Notes under the pieces: generated by a model
Database searches by the model: none
Told to the model about the DNA's origin: nothing
The model's input: the letters and a program-made list of their open reading frames with translations, nothing else
Position numbers and translations under genes: made by a program
Part shown: one piece after another, positions 40,307-49,912 of the stretch
Position numbering within the stretch: the stretch's first letter is position 1
Layout of the letters: every line of letters starts with the position of its first letter
From: Acidimicrobiales bacterium
Lineage (GTDB): Bacteria; Actinomycetota; Acidimicrobiia; Acidimicrobiales; JACDCH01
Length of the DNA stretch: 56,353 nucleotides
Reading direction: 5' to 3'
Assembly (NCBI GenBank): GCA_036257895.1
Contig: DATAES010000196.1
Coordinates: 1-56,353 of the forward strand

Positions 40307-42508
40307 ATGGTCTGTTCCCCGGACAAGGACCCGCGGAGCTTGGCCCTTCATCCTGATCTCGAAGCCGAGCAGGCGTATCTGGACTACGCCTACGAGTGCC
40401 TCGAAGCTGCCCGGCGCCGGGCGGCGGGTCTCGGCTCGATGGTCGAGGTCGGCCGGGGTGGCACCGAGCAGGCCCGGTTCGAGCGCGACGTCATCTGGGA
40501 CACGATCGTGACCCGCTTGCGTGAGCTCGAGCTCGGTGACGCCAGCCTCGTGTTCGGGCGCATCGACCGCTCGCCCGACAACGCTGACAACGCCGACAAC
40601 GGCGACACTGGCGACACCGGAGAGACCTTCTACATCGGCCGCCTCGCCGTGTCCGACGAGGGCCAGGAGCCCGTGGTGGTGGACTGGCGGGCCCCGGTCG
40701 CCGAGCCCTTCTACCGCGCCACCGGTCGCGCGCCGATGGGGCTCGCTCGCCGACGGCACTTCGCCACCAAAGGCCGCAAGCTCCTCGGGATCGAAGACGA
40801 GTTGTTCGGCGACGCCCTGCGGTTCCACGAAGGAGGAACCGAAGGCGCAGACGGCATCGAACGTGACGGCGACAGCGCCGGCTCGGAGCTGACCGGACGC
40901 GGTGCGCTGCTCACGGCCATCGAGTCGGCCCGAACCGGCCGGCTCACCGACATCGTCGCCACCATCCAGGGCGAGCAGGACGAGATCATCCGCTCGGAGC
41001 TCCCAGGCCTGCTCATCGTCCAAGGCGGCCCCGGCACCGGCAAGACCGTCGTGGCGCTGCACCGCGCCGCCTACCTCCTGTACACGCACCGTTTCCCGCT
41101 CGAGGGACAGGGCGTTCTCGTCGTCGGGCCGAACCGGCTCTTCCTCGGCTACATCGAGCAGGTGTTGCCGTCGCTCGGTGAGGCCGGCGTCTCGTTGGTC
41201 GTGCTCGCGGATCTCCTCACCGAGCCGGTTCGGGTGCGTGGTTCCGATCCACCCGTCACTGGACGCATCAAGGGCGACCTGCGCATGGCAGAGCTGCTCG
41301 CGAAAGCGGTGCGCGATCGACGGCGTCCGTTACGGGAGGACTTGCGGATCGGCTTCGGCGTCGAGACCCTGCGCGTCACCACCAACCAGAGCGCGACGAT
41401 CCTCGCCGACGCGCGCCGCCGGGCGCGAACCCACAACGCCGGCCGGCGCTTCGTCGAGCAAGGGGTGTTCGACGCCCTCGCCCGCTCGAGCCATCGAGAC
41501 GATGTCACCGCCGCAGACGTGCGCGACCGGGTCCGCCGCACGGACGAGGTACGCGCCGCGCTCGACTGGATGTGGCCGGTACTCACACCGGCGCACCTGC
41601 TGCACGACTTGTTCGGATCGAGAGCGTTGCTGCGATCTGCCGCCGGCAACGACCTGAGCGACACCGAGCGTGACGCGCTGTACCGCGGGCGCTCCGAGTC
41701 CATCGACGACGTCATCTTCACGAACGATGACGCTCCGCTGCTCGACGAGGCCCGTGCATTGCTCGGGCCGCGGCCTCGCCGGCGCGGCCGCGCGGCAGAC
41801 GAAGATGAGGTCCGTACCTACGGCCACATCGTCGTGGACGAAGCACAGGACCTGTCGCCGATGCAACTGCGGATGCTCGGACGCCGGTCGCTCAACGGCT
41901 CGATGACCGTGGTCGGCGACATCGCGCAGGCCACCGGAGCATGGGCCCACGCCGATTGGGACGAGATCATCTCGCAGCTTCCCGATCGCAGGCCGGCGCG
42001 GCGCGCGGAGCTCACCATCGGCTACCGCATCCCTGCGCCGAACATGGCGTTGGCGGCACGCGTGTTGCGTATCGCGGCTCCTGATCTTGCACCACCGCGT
42101 TCCATCCGTGCGGACGGCTCGGCACCGCGCTTCCTGGCGGTGTCAGCGGACGACGATCTGGGGACGGTGGTCGCGGAGGCCGCGGCGGCCGAGCTCGAAG
42201 CCGTCGGCACGGGCAACGTGGGCGTGATCGTCCCGTCGTCCATGGTCGACGTCGTGACCGGCGGTCTCGAACGAGCCGGTGTCACGTTCGGCAGCGCGAC
42301 GCGGCACGGACTCGACGAGCGCATCACCGTCGTCCCCATCGGACTGGCGAAAGGCCTCGAGCTCGACGCGAGCGTCGTGGTCGAGCCCGCCGCGATCGTC
42401 GAGCAGGAGGCGCAAGGCCTGCGCGCGCTCTATGTCGCACTGACCCGCGCGACGAAACGCCTCACCATCGTCCACGCCCGGCCGCTCCCCGAGTACCTCC
42501 TCGAATGA
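40307..42508 (+). CDS. helD: HelD-like UvrD/Rep superfamily-1 helicase-like ATPase (RNA polymerase recycling factor family)
   Basis: N-terminus EAEQAYLDYAYECLE...FYIGRLAVSDEGQEPVVVDWRAPVAEPFY. Walker A LIVQGGPGTGKTVVALHRAAYLLY. Also IVVDEAQD and C-terminal YVALTRATKRL. Confidence 0.85.
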   Translation: MVCSPDKDPRSLALHPDLEAEQAYLDYAYECLEAARRRAAGLGSMVEVGRGGTEQARFERDVIWDTIVTRLRELELGDASLVFGRIDRSPDNADNADNGDTGDTGETFYIGRLAVSDEGQEPVVVDWRAPVAEPFYRATGRAPMGLARRRHFATKGRKLLGIEDELFGDALRFHEGGTEGADGIERDGDSAGSELTGRGALLTAIESARTGRLTDIVATIQGEQDEIIRSELPGLLIVQGGPGTGKTVVALHRAAYLLYTHRFPLEGQGVLVVGPNRLFLGYIEQVLPSLGEAGVSLVVLADLLTEPVRVRGSDPPVTGRIKGDLRMAELLAKAVRDRRRPLREDLRIGFGVETLRVTTNQSATILADARRRARTHNAGRRFVEQGVFDALARSSHRDDVTAADVRDRVRRTDEVRAALDWMWPVLTPAHLLHDLFGSRALLRSAAGNDLSDTERDALYRGRSESIDDVIFTNDDAPLLDEARALLGPRPRRRGRAADEDEVRTYGHIVVDEAQDLSPMQLRMLGRRSLNGSMTVVGDIAQATGAWAHADWDEIISQLPDRRPARRAELTIGYRIPAPNMALAARVLRIAAPDLAPPRSIRADGSAPRFLAVSADDDLGTVVAEAAAAELEAVGTGNVGVIVPSSMVDVVTGGLERAGVTFGSATRHGLDERITVVPIGLAKGLELDASVVVEPAAIVEQEAQGLRALYVALTRATKRLTIVHARPLPEYLLE
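40577..40621 (+). repeat. In-frame 9-bp tandem repeat x5 inside helD
   Basis: GACAACGCT GACAACGCC GACAACGGC GACACTGGC GACACCGGA, encoding DNA-DNA-DNG-DTG-DTG. Confidence 0.85.
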
Positions 42509-42517
42509 CCGCCGTCG

Positions 42518-42561
42518 TTCTGGCGTCAGCCACCTCGCATATGCCGTGCGTGACGCCAGAA
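42518..42561. terminator. Hairpin between the convergent helD and DtxR-family genes
   Basis: 11-bp arms TTCTGGCGTCA (42518..42528) and TGACGCCAGAA (42551..42561), with a 22-nt loop. Confidence 0.5.
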
Positions 42562-42572
42562 TGAAATGCGGC

Positions 42573-43271
42573 TCAGGTCATGACGAGGATACGGGCGCTG
42601 GCGAATGCGCCGATGCCCACGGCGCGGCCTTCGATCTCGACGGTGGTCGTCCCGTCCGGGGACGTCGCGGTGATCGTGCCGTGCCGGCCGGGCAGCACGT
42701 CGGCCTCCTCCAGGAACTCGAGGATGCCGGGCGCGAACTCGAGCTCCTCAGGGATGCGCGACACGGTGAAGGGGTGTCCGACGCCGACGTCCGACAACGG
42801 GACCGCGTCAGGTGGTGCGTACCCCATCCCCGGGATCGGGTTGCCGTGCGGGCACGTGGTGGGGTTGTCGAGCACCCGGGAGATGGCGGCGTCGACGCGG
42901 TCGGAGATGACGTGTTCCCACTTGCCCGCTTCCTTGTGCGCCTCCGCCCACGACAGCCCCAGCATGTCGGTGAGGAACCGCTCGGCCAAGCGGTGACGGC
43001 GCACCACCCGCTCGGCGAGCCGCATGCCACCGGCGGTGAGGCCGATGGACGTGCCGGACAGCTCGACCAGCTCCGCCGCCTCCATCCGCTTGATCATCTC
43101 GGACACGGCAGGGCGCGAGACCCCGAGGCGCTCCGCGATGCGGGCCTGTATGACGTCGACGTCGTCCTCCCGCAGTTCGAAGACGGCCTCGCAGTACTCC
43201 TCGAAGGCGGGATGCCACTCGGGGGACTCGTACTCGGCCACGGGCGGGATTCTACGGGGCGTCACTGTCAC
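42573..43271 (-). CDS. DtxR/IdeR/MntR family metal-dependent transcriptional repressor with SH3-like C-terminal domain
   Basis: IQARIAERLGVSRPAVSEMIKRMEAAELV (HTH), RRHRLAERFLTDMLGLSW, and EAGKWEHVIS (Gly where IdeR/DtxR carry the Cys ligand). Alternative GTG start at 43238. Confidence 0.85.
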   Translation of the reverse strand: MTVTPRRIPPVAEYESPEWHPAFEEYCEAVFELREDDVDVIQARIAERLGVSRPAVSEMIKRMEAAELVELSGTSIGLTAGGMRLAERVVRRHRLAERFLTDMLGLSWAEAHKEAGKWEHVISDRVDAAISRVLDNPTTCPHGNPIPGMGYAPPDAVPLSDVGVGHPFTVSRIPEELEFAPGILEFLEEADVLPGRHGTITATSPDGTTTVEIEGRAVGIGAFASARILVMT

Positions 43272-43287
43272 ACCTCCTGCTTATGGT
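43266..43287 (+). promoter_or_regulatory. RecA-independent DNA-damage promoter-like motif (RecA-NDp / PafBC type) upstream of lhr
   Basis: TGTCAcac-N8-TATGGT versus the recalled consensus tTGTCRgtg-N8-TAnnnT, with exact spacing. The -10 element ends 7 nt before ATG 43295. Confidence 0.35.
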
Positions 43288-46200
43288 TTTCACCATGAGC
43301 GGTGCGGAGTTCTCGCCGAGCGATGCGTCTGCCTCGGAGTTCTCGCCGCCAGTGCAGGCGTGGTTCGACACGACGTTCGCCGCCCCCACGGAGGCACAGC
43401 GCCAAGGGTGGCCGGCCATCGCCGCCGGCGACCACACCCTCGTGCTCGCCCCGACCGGGTCGGGCAAGACACTGGCGGCCTTCCTGTGGGGCATCGACCG
43501 GTTGATGAGCGAGGCGCCACCGGAGAAGGACGAGCGCACGCGCTTGCTCTACGTGTCGCCGCTGCGGGCCCTTGCCGTCGACGTCGAGAAGAACCTCCGA
43601 GCCCCGTTGGCCGGCATCAGGTTGGCGGCGGAGCGGCTGGGCGTCGAGATCCACGAGCCGACCGTCGGGATGCGAACCGGCGACACGAGCGCAGACGAAC
43701 GCCGACGGCTGGTCCGGTACCCGGCCGACATCCTCATCACCACACCCGAGTCGCTCTACCTCATGCTCACGTCGCAGGCGCGCGAGACCCTGCGCAATGT
43801 CGAAGCGGTCATCGTGGACGAGATCCATTCGGTTGCCGCGACGAAGCGGGGCGCCCATCTCGCGTTGACACTCGAGCGCCTCGACGCGATCTGCGATCGG
43901 CCGCCGCAACGTATCGGCCTGTCGGCCACGCAGCGACCGCTCGACGAGATCGCCCGCTTCCTCGGCGGGCGCGACCTCGCCGGGCAGCCCCGGAAGGTCA
44001 CGATCGTCGACGCCGGAATGCGCAAGCCGCTCGAAGTCGAGGTGATCGTTCCCGTCGACGACATGGGCGCGCTCGGCGAGATCATCGACGAGCCGGTGTC
44101 GGGGCCCGCGGCCGCCGGGCCGCTGCGCCGGAGCATCTGGCCCTCGATGCACCCGCGCCTGCTCGAGTTGGTCGAGTCGCACCGCTCGACACTCATCTTC
44201 GTCAATGCCCGGCGGCTCGCGGAACGCCTTGCGACTCGGCTCAACGAGTTGGCGTCCGAGCGTGACGGCGCCCCGGTCAACACGGGCGCCGAGCAGGTCG
44301 GTGCCCCGCCGCCCGACTTCGAACTGGTCAAGGCGCACCACGGGTCGCTGTCGCGAGAACGGCGGGTTCAGCTCGAAGACGAGCTCAAGTCGGGTCGGTT
44401 GCGAGGCCTCGTGTGCACGTCCACGCTCGAGCTCGGCATCGACATGGGCGCCGTCGATCTCGTCGTGCAAGTCGAGTCGCCCCGATCGGTTGCCGCCGGT
44501 CTGCAGCGGATCGGTCGGGCCGGCCACCAGGTCGGTGAACCGAGCAGGGGCAAGCTGTTCCCGAAGCACCGCGCCGATCTGGTCGAGGCCTCCGTCGTCG
44601 TCCGTCGTATGCAGGACGGCTTGATCGAGCACACGCACTACCCGCGCAACCCGCTCGACGTGCTCGCGCAACAGATCGTCGCCATGTGCGCGCTCGACGA
44701 ATGGAAGGTCGACGAGCTCGCTGCGCTCGTGCGTCGCGCCGCCAACTTCGCCGAGCTGTCCGACGAGGTCTTCACCTCCGTGCTCGACCTGCTGGCGGGG
44801 CGCTATCCGAGCGACGAGTTCGCCGAGCTTCGCCCTCGCATCGTGTGGGACCGTGTCAACGGCATCGTCCGTGGCCGCGCCGGGGCGCAACGACTCGCCG
44901 TGACGAGCGGCGGCACGATCCCCGACCGCGGGTTGTTCGGCGTCTTTCTTCCCGACGGCACGCGGGTGGGCGAGCTCGACGAAGAGATGGTGTACGAGTC
45001 ACGCGCCGGTGAGACGTTCCTGCTCGGCGCGTCGACCTGGCGCATCGAGGACATCACCTTCGAGCGCGTGATCGTCACCCCCGCGCCTGGCCTGCCGGGG
45101 AAGATGCCGTTCTGGCACGGCGACGGTCCCGGCCGGCCGCTCGAACTCGGACGGGCGGTCGGGTCCTTCGTGCGCGACGTCCGCTCGTGGGGCGACGGCG
45201 CGGCCCAACGGCTGCATGTCGACTACGGGCTCGACGAGCTCGCGGCCGGCAATCTCGTGCAGTACCTCGACGACCAAGCCGAAGCCACCGGAGTCGTGCC
45301 CGACGATCGCACCATCGTCGTCGAGCGGTTTCGCGACGAGATCGGCGACTGGCGGGTCTGCGTGCTCTCACCGTTCGGTGCGCAAGTGCATGCGCCGTGG
45401 GCCATGGCGTTGCAAGCGCGCCTTGCCGACCGGTGGGGCCTCGACGTCGAGTTGCTGTGGAGCGACGACGGGGTCGTGCTGCGGCTACCCGAGGCGATCG
45501 ACGAGCTTCCCGTCGACGACCTGTTGATCGATCCCGACGACATCGACGAGTTGGTGATCTCGCAACTACCGAGCTCGGCGCTGTTCGCTGCTCGCTTTCG
45601 GGAGTGCGCGGCGCGCGCGTTGCTGTTGCCGCGACGGCGGCCCGATCGGCGCACGCCCTTGTGGCAGCAACGCCAGAAGGCGGCCGACCTGCTGTCCGTC
45701 GCAGCGAGGCATCCGACGTTCCCGATCCTGCTCGAGACCACGCGCGAATGCCTGAACGACGTGTTCGACCTGCCGGCCTTGCGCGACGTGCTCACCGAGT
45801 TGCGCTCGCGTGCGATCCGGGTCGTTTCCGTCGACACGCCGAGGGCGTCGCCGTTCGCGCAGTCGCTGCTGTTCTCGTGGATCTCCGTCTACATGTACGA
45901 GGGCGACACCCCACTGGCGGAGCGTCGAGCCGCCGCGCTCGCGCTCGACCGCGATCTGCTGCGCGACCTGCTGGGCGCGGAGGAGCTGCGCGAGCTTCTC
46001 GATCCTTCCGTGCTCGCCGACCTCGAGCTCGAGCTGCAGCACCTCGTCGAGGGACGACGAGCCCGCGACGCGGATGAACTGCACGACCTGCTCCGGCTGC
46101 TCGGACCATTGACGATCACCGAGCTGGACGCGCGCGCCGAAGGCGATCCGTCAGCATGGCTCGACCTCCTCGTGCAACAACGACGAGCCATCGCGGTGAC

Positions 46201-47818
46201 CGTCGCAGGCGAGGCGCGCTTCGGCGCAGCAGAAGATGCGGCGAGGTTGCGCGACGCGCTCGGGGTCGCACTACCAGTCGGCCTTCCTGCTGCATTCACC
46301 GACCCTGTCGACGAGCCGATGCGCGATCTCGTCGCCCGCTACGCCCGAACCCACGGGCCGTTCCTGACTTTGCAGGTGGCACGGCATCTCGGCGTCGGCG
46401 CACAACGGGTGTTGCCCCCGCTCGAAGCGCTCGAACGCGACGGGCGCATCGTCCGCGGCGAGTTCCGGCCCGATGGCGTCGAGCGCGAGTGGTGCGAAGA
46501 CGATGTCTTGCGCCAGCTGCGACGGCGTTCGCTGGCCGCGCTGCGCAAGGAGGTCGAGCCGGTCGACGGCGCCGCACTCGCTCGGTTCTTGCCGGCGTGG
46601 CAATCGGTGGGCTCGAAACGCCGGGGAGTCGACGGTGTGGTCGACGTGCTCGGGATGTTGTCGGGTGCTGCGATCGCAGCGTCCGTGCTCGAGAGCGACG
46701 TGCTGGTGGCTCGCATCGCCGAGTACCGGCCCGCCGATCTCGACGCACTGTGCACATCGGGCGACGTCATCTGGGTCGGTGCCGGCGGTCTCGGCGCCAA
46801 CGATGGGCGCTTGCGTCTGGTCTTTCGTGATCAAGCACCGATGCTCGTTCCGCCACCGGCCGTCATCGAGCTGTCGCCGACCCACCTGACGCTGCTCGAA
46901 CACCTCGAACAGCGCGGCGCGTCGTTCTGGCCCGAGCTGTTGCAGGCCGTTGCCGGCGCCGGCCTTCGGTACGAAGAAGCCGACGTGCTCAGCACCCTGT
47001 GGGATCTCGTCTGGGCCGGCCACGTCACCAACGACTCGCTGGCGCCTGTGCGAGCCATGGTGGGCGGCAAGCCGGCGCGGCGAGCGCCCTCGTCCTCGTC
47101 GCCGCGTGCTCGTCCTCGGCCAGGTCGGTTGGCAAGGCTCGGCCCACCTGCGGCCGCCGGGCGGTGGTCGCTCGTCGCGCCGCTTCTCGTGCCCGAGCCC
47201 TCGCCGACCGAGGTGACGCACGCGCGTGCGATGCAGTTGCTCGAACGCTACGGCGTGCTCACCCGCGAGGCGGCGCTGGCCGAAGGCATCGAGGGCGGGT
47301 TCGCCGGCGTGTATCCGGTCCTGAAGGCACTCGAGGAGCGGGGTGCGGTGCGTCGGGGCTACTTCGTGGCCGGGTTGGGCGCGGCACAGTTCGCGCTGCC
47401 GGGTGCGGTCGATCGGCTGCGCTCGTTCCGCGATCCCCCCGACGAAGGTGGCGCGTCGGCAGTCGTGGTGCTCGCTGCCACCGACCCCGCGCAGCCGTTC
47501 GGCGCATCGCTGCCGTGGCCGGACCACGGTGAGGGCGCACGGCCGGGTCGCACCGCCGGTGCGCACGTCGTGCTGGTCGACGGCGAACTCGCCGTCCACC
47601 TCGAACGGGGAGGCCACAGCCTGGCCACCTTCGGTCTCGACGGCTGGGCGACCGCCCTGCGCGACCTCGTCGACCGCGGCCGCTATCGGTCGCTCGAGAT
47701 CCGAAAGGTCGACGGCGTGCCGGTGCGCGATGAGGCCGTCCGGCACGTGGCCGACGACCTGCGGGCAGCCGGATTCGTCGAGGGTTATCGAGGGCTCGTC
47801 TATCGGGCGCGCCGATAG
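43283..47818 (+). CDS. lhr: Lhr-family ATP-dependent (DEAH-box, superfamily 2) large helicase
   Basis: 1511 aa. Motifs: LAPTGSGKTLAAF, VIVDEIHS, CTSTLELGIDMG. A second ATG at 43295 (MSGAEF) is the likely start if the transcript is leaderless. Confidence 0.92.
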   Translation: MVFTMSGAEFSPSDASASEFSPPVQAWFDTTFAAPTEAQRQGWPAIAAGDHTLVLAPTGSGKTLAAFLWGIDRLMSEAPPEKDERTRLLYVSPLRALAVDVEKNLRAPLAGIRLAAERLGVEIHEPTVGMRTGDTSADERRRLVRYPADILITTPESLYLMLTSQARETLRNVEAVIVDEIHSVAATKRGAHLALTLERLDAICDRPPQRIGLSATQRPLDEIARFLGGRDLAGQPRKVTIVDAGMRKPLEVEVIVPVDDMGALGEIIDEPVSGPAAAGPLRRSIWPSMHPRLLELVESHRSTLIFVNARRLAERLATRLNELASERDGAPVNTGAEQVGAPPPDFELVKAHHGSLSRERRVQLEDELKSGRLRGLVCTSTLELGIDMGAVDLVVQVESPRSVAAGLQRIGRAGHQVGEPSRGKLFPKHRADLVEASVVVRRMQDGLIEHTHYPRNPLDVLAQQIVAMCALDEWKVDELAALVRRAANFAELSDEVFTSVLDLLAGRYPSDEFAELRPRIVWDRVNGIVRGRAGAQRLAVTSGGTIPDRGLFGVFLPDGTRVGELDEEMVYESRAGETFLLGASTWRIEDITFERVIVTPAPGLPGKMPFWHGDGPGRPLELGRAVGSFVRDVRSWGDGAAQRLHVDYGLDELAAGNLVQYLDDQAEATGVVPDDRTIVVERFRDEIGDWRVCVLSPFGAQVHAPWAMALQARLADRWGLDVELLWSDDGVVLRLPEAIDELPVDDLLIDPDDIDELVISQLPSSALFAARFRECAARALLLPRRRPDRRTPLWQQRQKAADLLSVAARHPTFPILLETTRECLNDVFDLPALRDVLTELRSRAIRVVSVDTPRASPFAQSLLFSWISVYMYEGDTPLAERRAAALALDRDLLRDLLGAEELRELLDPSVLADLELELQHLVEGRRARDADELHDLLRLLGPLTITELDARAEGDPSAWLDLLVQQRRAIAVTVAGEARFGAAEDAARLRDALGVALPVGLPAAFTDPVDEPMRDLVARYARTHGPFLTLQVARHLGVGAQRVLPPLEALERDGRIVRGEFRPDGVEREWCEDDVLRQLRRRSLAALRKEVEPVDGAALARFLPAWQSVGSKRRGVDGVVDVLGMLSGAAIAASVLESDVLVARIAEYRPADLDALCTSGDVIWVGAGGLGANDGRLRLVFRDQAPMLVPPPAVIELSPTHLTLLEHLEQRGASFWPELLQAVAGAGLRYEEADVLSTLWDLVWAGHVTNDSLAPVRAMVGGKPARRAPSSSSPRARPRPGRLARLGPPAAAGRWSLVAPLLVPEPSPTEVTHARAMQLLERYGVLTREAALAEGIEGGFAGVYPVLKALEERGAVRRGYFVAGLGAAQFALPGAVDRLRSFRDPPDEGGASAVVVLAATDPAQPFGASLPWPDHGEGARPGRTAGAHVVLVDGELAVHLERGGHSLATFGLDGWATALRDLVDRGRYRSLEIRKVDGVPVRDEAVRHVADDLRAAGFVEGYRGLVYRARR

Positions 47819-47828
47819 CGTCCGGAGC

Positions 47829-48638
47829 GTGCCCGAGGGCGACACGCTCCATCGCACCGCGAACCGGTTGCGACCGGCGCTGGCCGGCCGGCGTCTCGTC
47901 TGCCTGACGCTCCATCACGCGACCGGCGGAGGTCGCCGGCCAGAGGCGGGCGAGCGCATCGACGCGGTCGAAGCGGTGGGCAAGCATCTGCTGATCCGCT
48001 TCGAGCGGGGATCGACCTTGCGCACGCACTTGCGGATGGCCGGGTCGTGGCACCTGTACCGCTCGGGTGAACGATGGCGGAAGCGCCCGGAGTTGGCCCG
48101 GGCCGTCGTGGAGGTCGACGGGTGGACCGCGGTCTGTTTCGCCGCCCCGGTGGTCGAGCTGACCGACGGGGGCACCGTCGAGACGAAGCTCGCGCATCTC
48201 GGCCCGGATCTCACCCGCACCGACATCATCGACAAAGACATCGACGCTGCGGTTGTCCGGATGACCACGCTGCTCGATCCGCAGGAACAGATCGGCAACG
48301 CGATGCTCGACCAACGCGTGGCGTGCGGTGTCGGCAACGTCTACAAGAGCGAGGTGCTGTTCGTGTGCGGCGTGAATCCGTTCGTGCCGGTCGACAGCAT
48401 CGACGTGCGCACGCGCCATCGTCTCCTCGAAACGGCGTCACGGTTGTTGCGTCACAACACGGCGGAGGGGGGTTCGCGGGCCACGGTGCGCGAAGGCCTC
48501 GCGGTGTACGGCCGCGCCCGTCAGCCGTGTCGACGCTGTGGCGCGCTCATCCGAGCGCAACGCCAGGGCGCGCATTCACGGACCACCTACTGGTGTCCCA
48601 GCTGTCAACCGCAAGTCGGTCCCGGGCCGCGCTCGTGA
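47829..48638 (+). CDS. nei: Fpg/Nei family DNA glycosylase (endonuclease VIII-like)
   Basis: GTG start giving (M)PEGDTLHR. H2TH region. C-terminal zinc finger CRRCGALI...YWCPSCQ. The Lhr-Nei pairing is conserved in mycobacteria. Confidence 0.88.
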   Translation: MPEGDTLHRTANRLRPALAGRRLVCLTLHHATGGGRRPEAGERIDAVEAVGKHLLIRFERGSTLRTHLRMAGSWHLYRSGERWRKRPELARAVVEVDGWTAVCFAAPVVELTDGGTVETKLAHLGPDLTRTDIIDKDIDAAVVRMTTLLDPQEQIGNAMLDQRVACGVGNVYKSEVLFVCGVNPFVPVDSIDVRTRHRLLETASRLLRHNTAEGGSRATVREGLAVYGRARQPCRRCGALIRAQRQGAHSRTTYWCPSCQPQVGPGPRS

Positions 48639-49912
48639 GAAAGCGAGACCATGTCGCAGTGATCGGCGCGGGGTTCGGCGGGCTCGCTGCCACGAAGAGA
48701 CTCGCCGAGGCCGACGTCGACGTCACCCTCGTCGATCGGCACAACTACCACACGTTCCAGCCGTTGCTGTACGAAGTCGCCACTGCCGGACTGAATGCCG
48801 CCGATGTCGCATACGCCGTACGGGGCATCTTCCGCCGCCAGCACAACGTGACCTTTCGGCGCGCAACCGTCACCGGCGTCGATTGGACGCAGCACACCCT
48901 CGAGCTCGACCGCGGCGAGGAGCAGTCACTTGGATTCGATCATCTGGTGATCGCCGCGGGCTCGACCACGGCCTACTTCGGGATCCCCGGCGCGGCGGAG
49001 AACGCGTTCCCGCTCTATTCACTCGTCGACGCCATCGCGCTGCGCAATCACATCCTCGACCGCTTCGAAGCAGCAGATGCCGATCCGTCGCTGATCGACG
49101 ACGGCGCGCTCACGTTCGTGATCGTCGGCGGAGGGCCGACCGGCGTAGAGGTGTCGGGTGCGATGTCCGAGCTGTTCGGCATGGTGATGCGCAAGGACTT
49201 CCGCTCGCTCGACGTCGGCAAGGCGCGTGTGATCCTCATCGAGATGGCAGATGTCCTGCTGCAGCCCTTCTCCGACTCGTCGCAGCGACACGCGCGCGAA
49301 ACGCTGCAGGGTATGGGCGTCGACGTCCGCACCGGCGAAGCGGTCACGAGCGTCACGCCGACCCGCATCACGCTCGGTTTCGGTGAGGAGCTCGCCGCGC
49401 ACACGCTCGTGTGGGCCGCCGGCGTGCAGGCCAACCCGCTAGCGGCCACGCTCGAGGTTCCGACCGGCCGCGCCGGTCGCATCGAAGTCGGACGCGACCT
49501 GCGCATCGCCGGCCATCGCGAAGCATTCGCCATCGGCGATGTCGCTGCCATCCCGGACGGGCACGGCAGCGTGTTGCCTGCCGTCGCACCGGTCGCAATG
49601 CAGTCGGGCCGGCACGCGGCCGACGAGATCGTGCGAGCGATCCACGGCCGGCGCCCGCGTCCGTTCCACTACTTGGACAAGGGCATCATGGCGACGATCG
49701 GCCGGCGCGCCGCCGTCGCGGAACTGCCGTTGCGCATCCGGCTCTGGGGGACACCGGCATGGCTGGCATGGCTCGGCTTGCACCTCGTGACGCTCGTCGG
49801 CTTCCGCAACCGCTTGTCGGTGTTCCTCAACTGGGCGTGGAACTACTTGACCTGGGACCGCGGTCCTCGCCTCATCCTTCGGACTGACCGCGAGCCGGAA
49901 GCATCGCCCTGA
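48635..49912 (+). CDS. ndh: Type II NADH dehydrogenase (NDH-2)
   Basis: HVAVIGAGFGGLAATKRL...FQPLLYEVATAGL...FVIVGGGPTGVE...IGDVAAIP. GTG start overlaps the nei stop (GTGA). Confidence 0.88.
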   Translation: MRKRDHVAVIGAGFGGLAATKRLAEADVDVTLVDRHNYHTFQPLLYEVATAGLNAADVAYAVRGIFRRQHNVTFRRATVTGVDWTQHTLELDRGEEQSLGFDHLVIAAGSTTAYFGIPGAAENAFPLYSLVDAIALRNHILDRFEAADADPSLIDDGALTFVIVGGGPTGVEVSGAMSELFGMVMRKDFRSLDVGKARVILIEMADVLLQPFSDSSQRHARETLQGMGVDVRTGEAVTSVTPTRITLGFGEELAAHTLVWAAGVQANPLAATLEVPTGRAGRIEVGRDLRIAGHREAFAIGDVAAIPDGHGSVLPAVAPVAMQSGRHAADEIVRAIHGRRPRPFHYLDKGIMATIGRRAAVAELPLRIRLWGTPAWLAWLGLHLVTLVGFRNRLSVFLNWAWNYLTWDRGPRLILRTDREPEASP

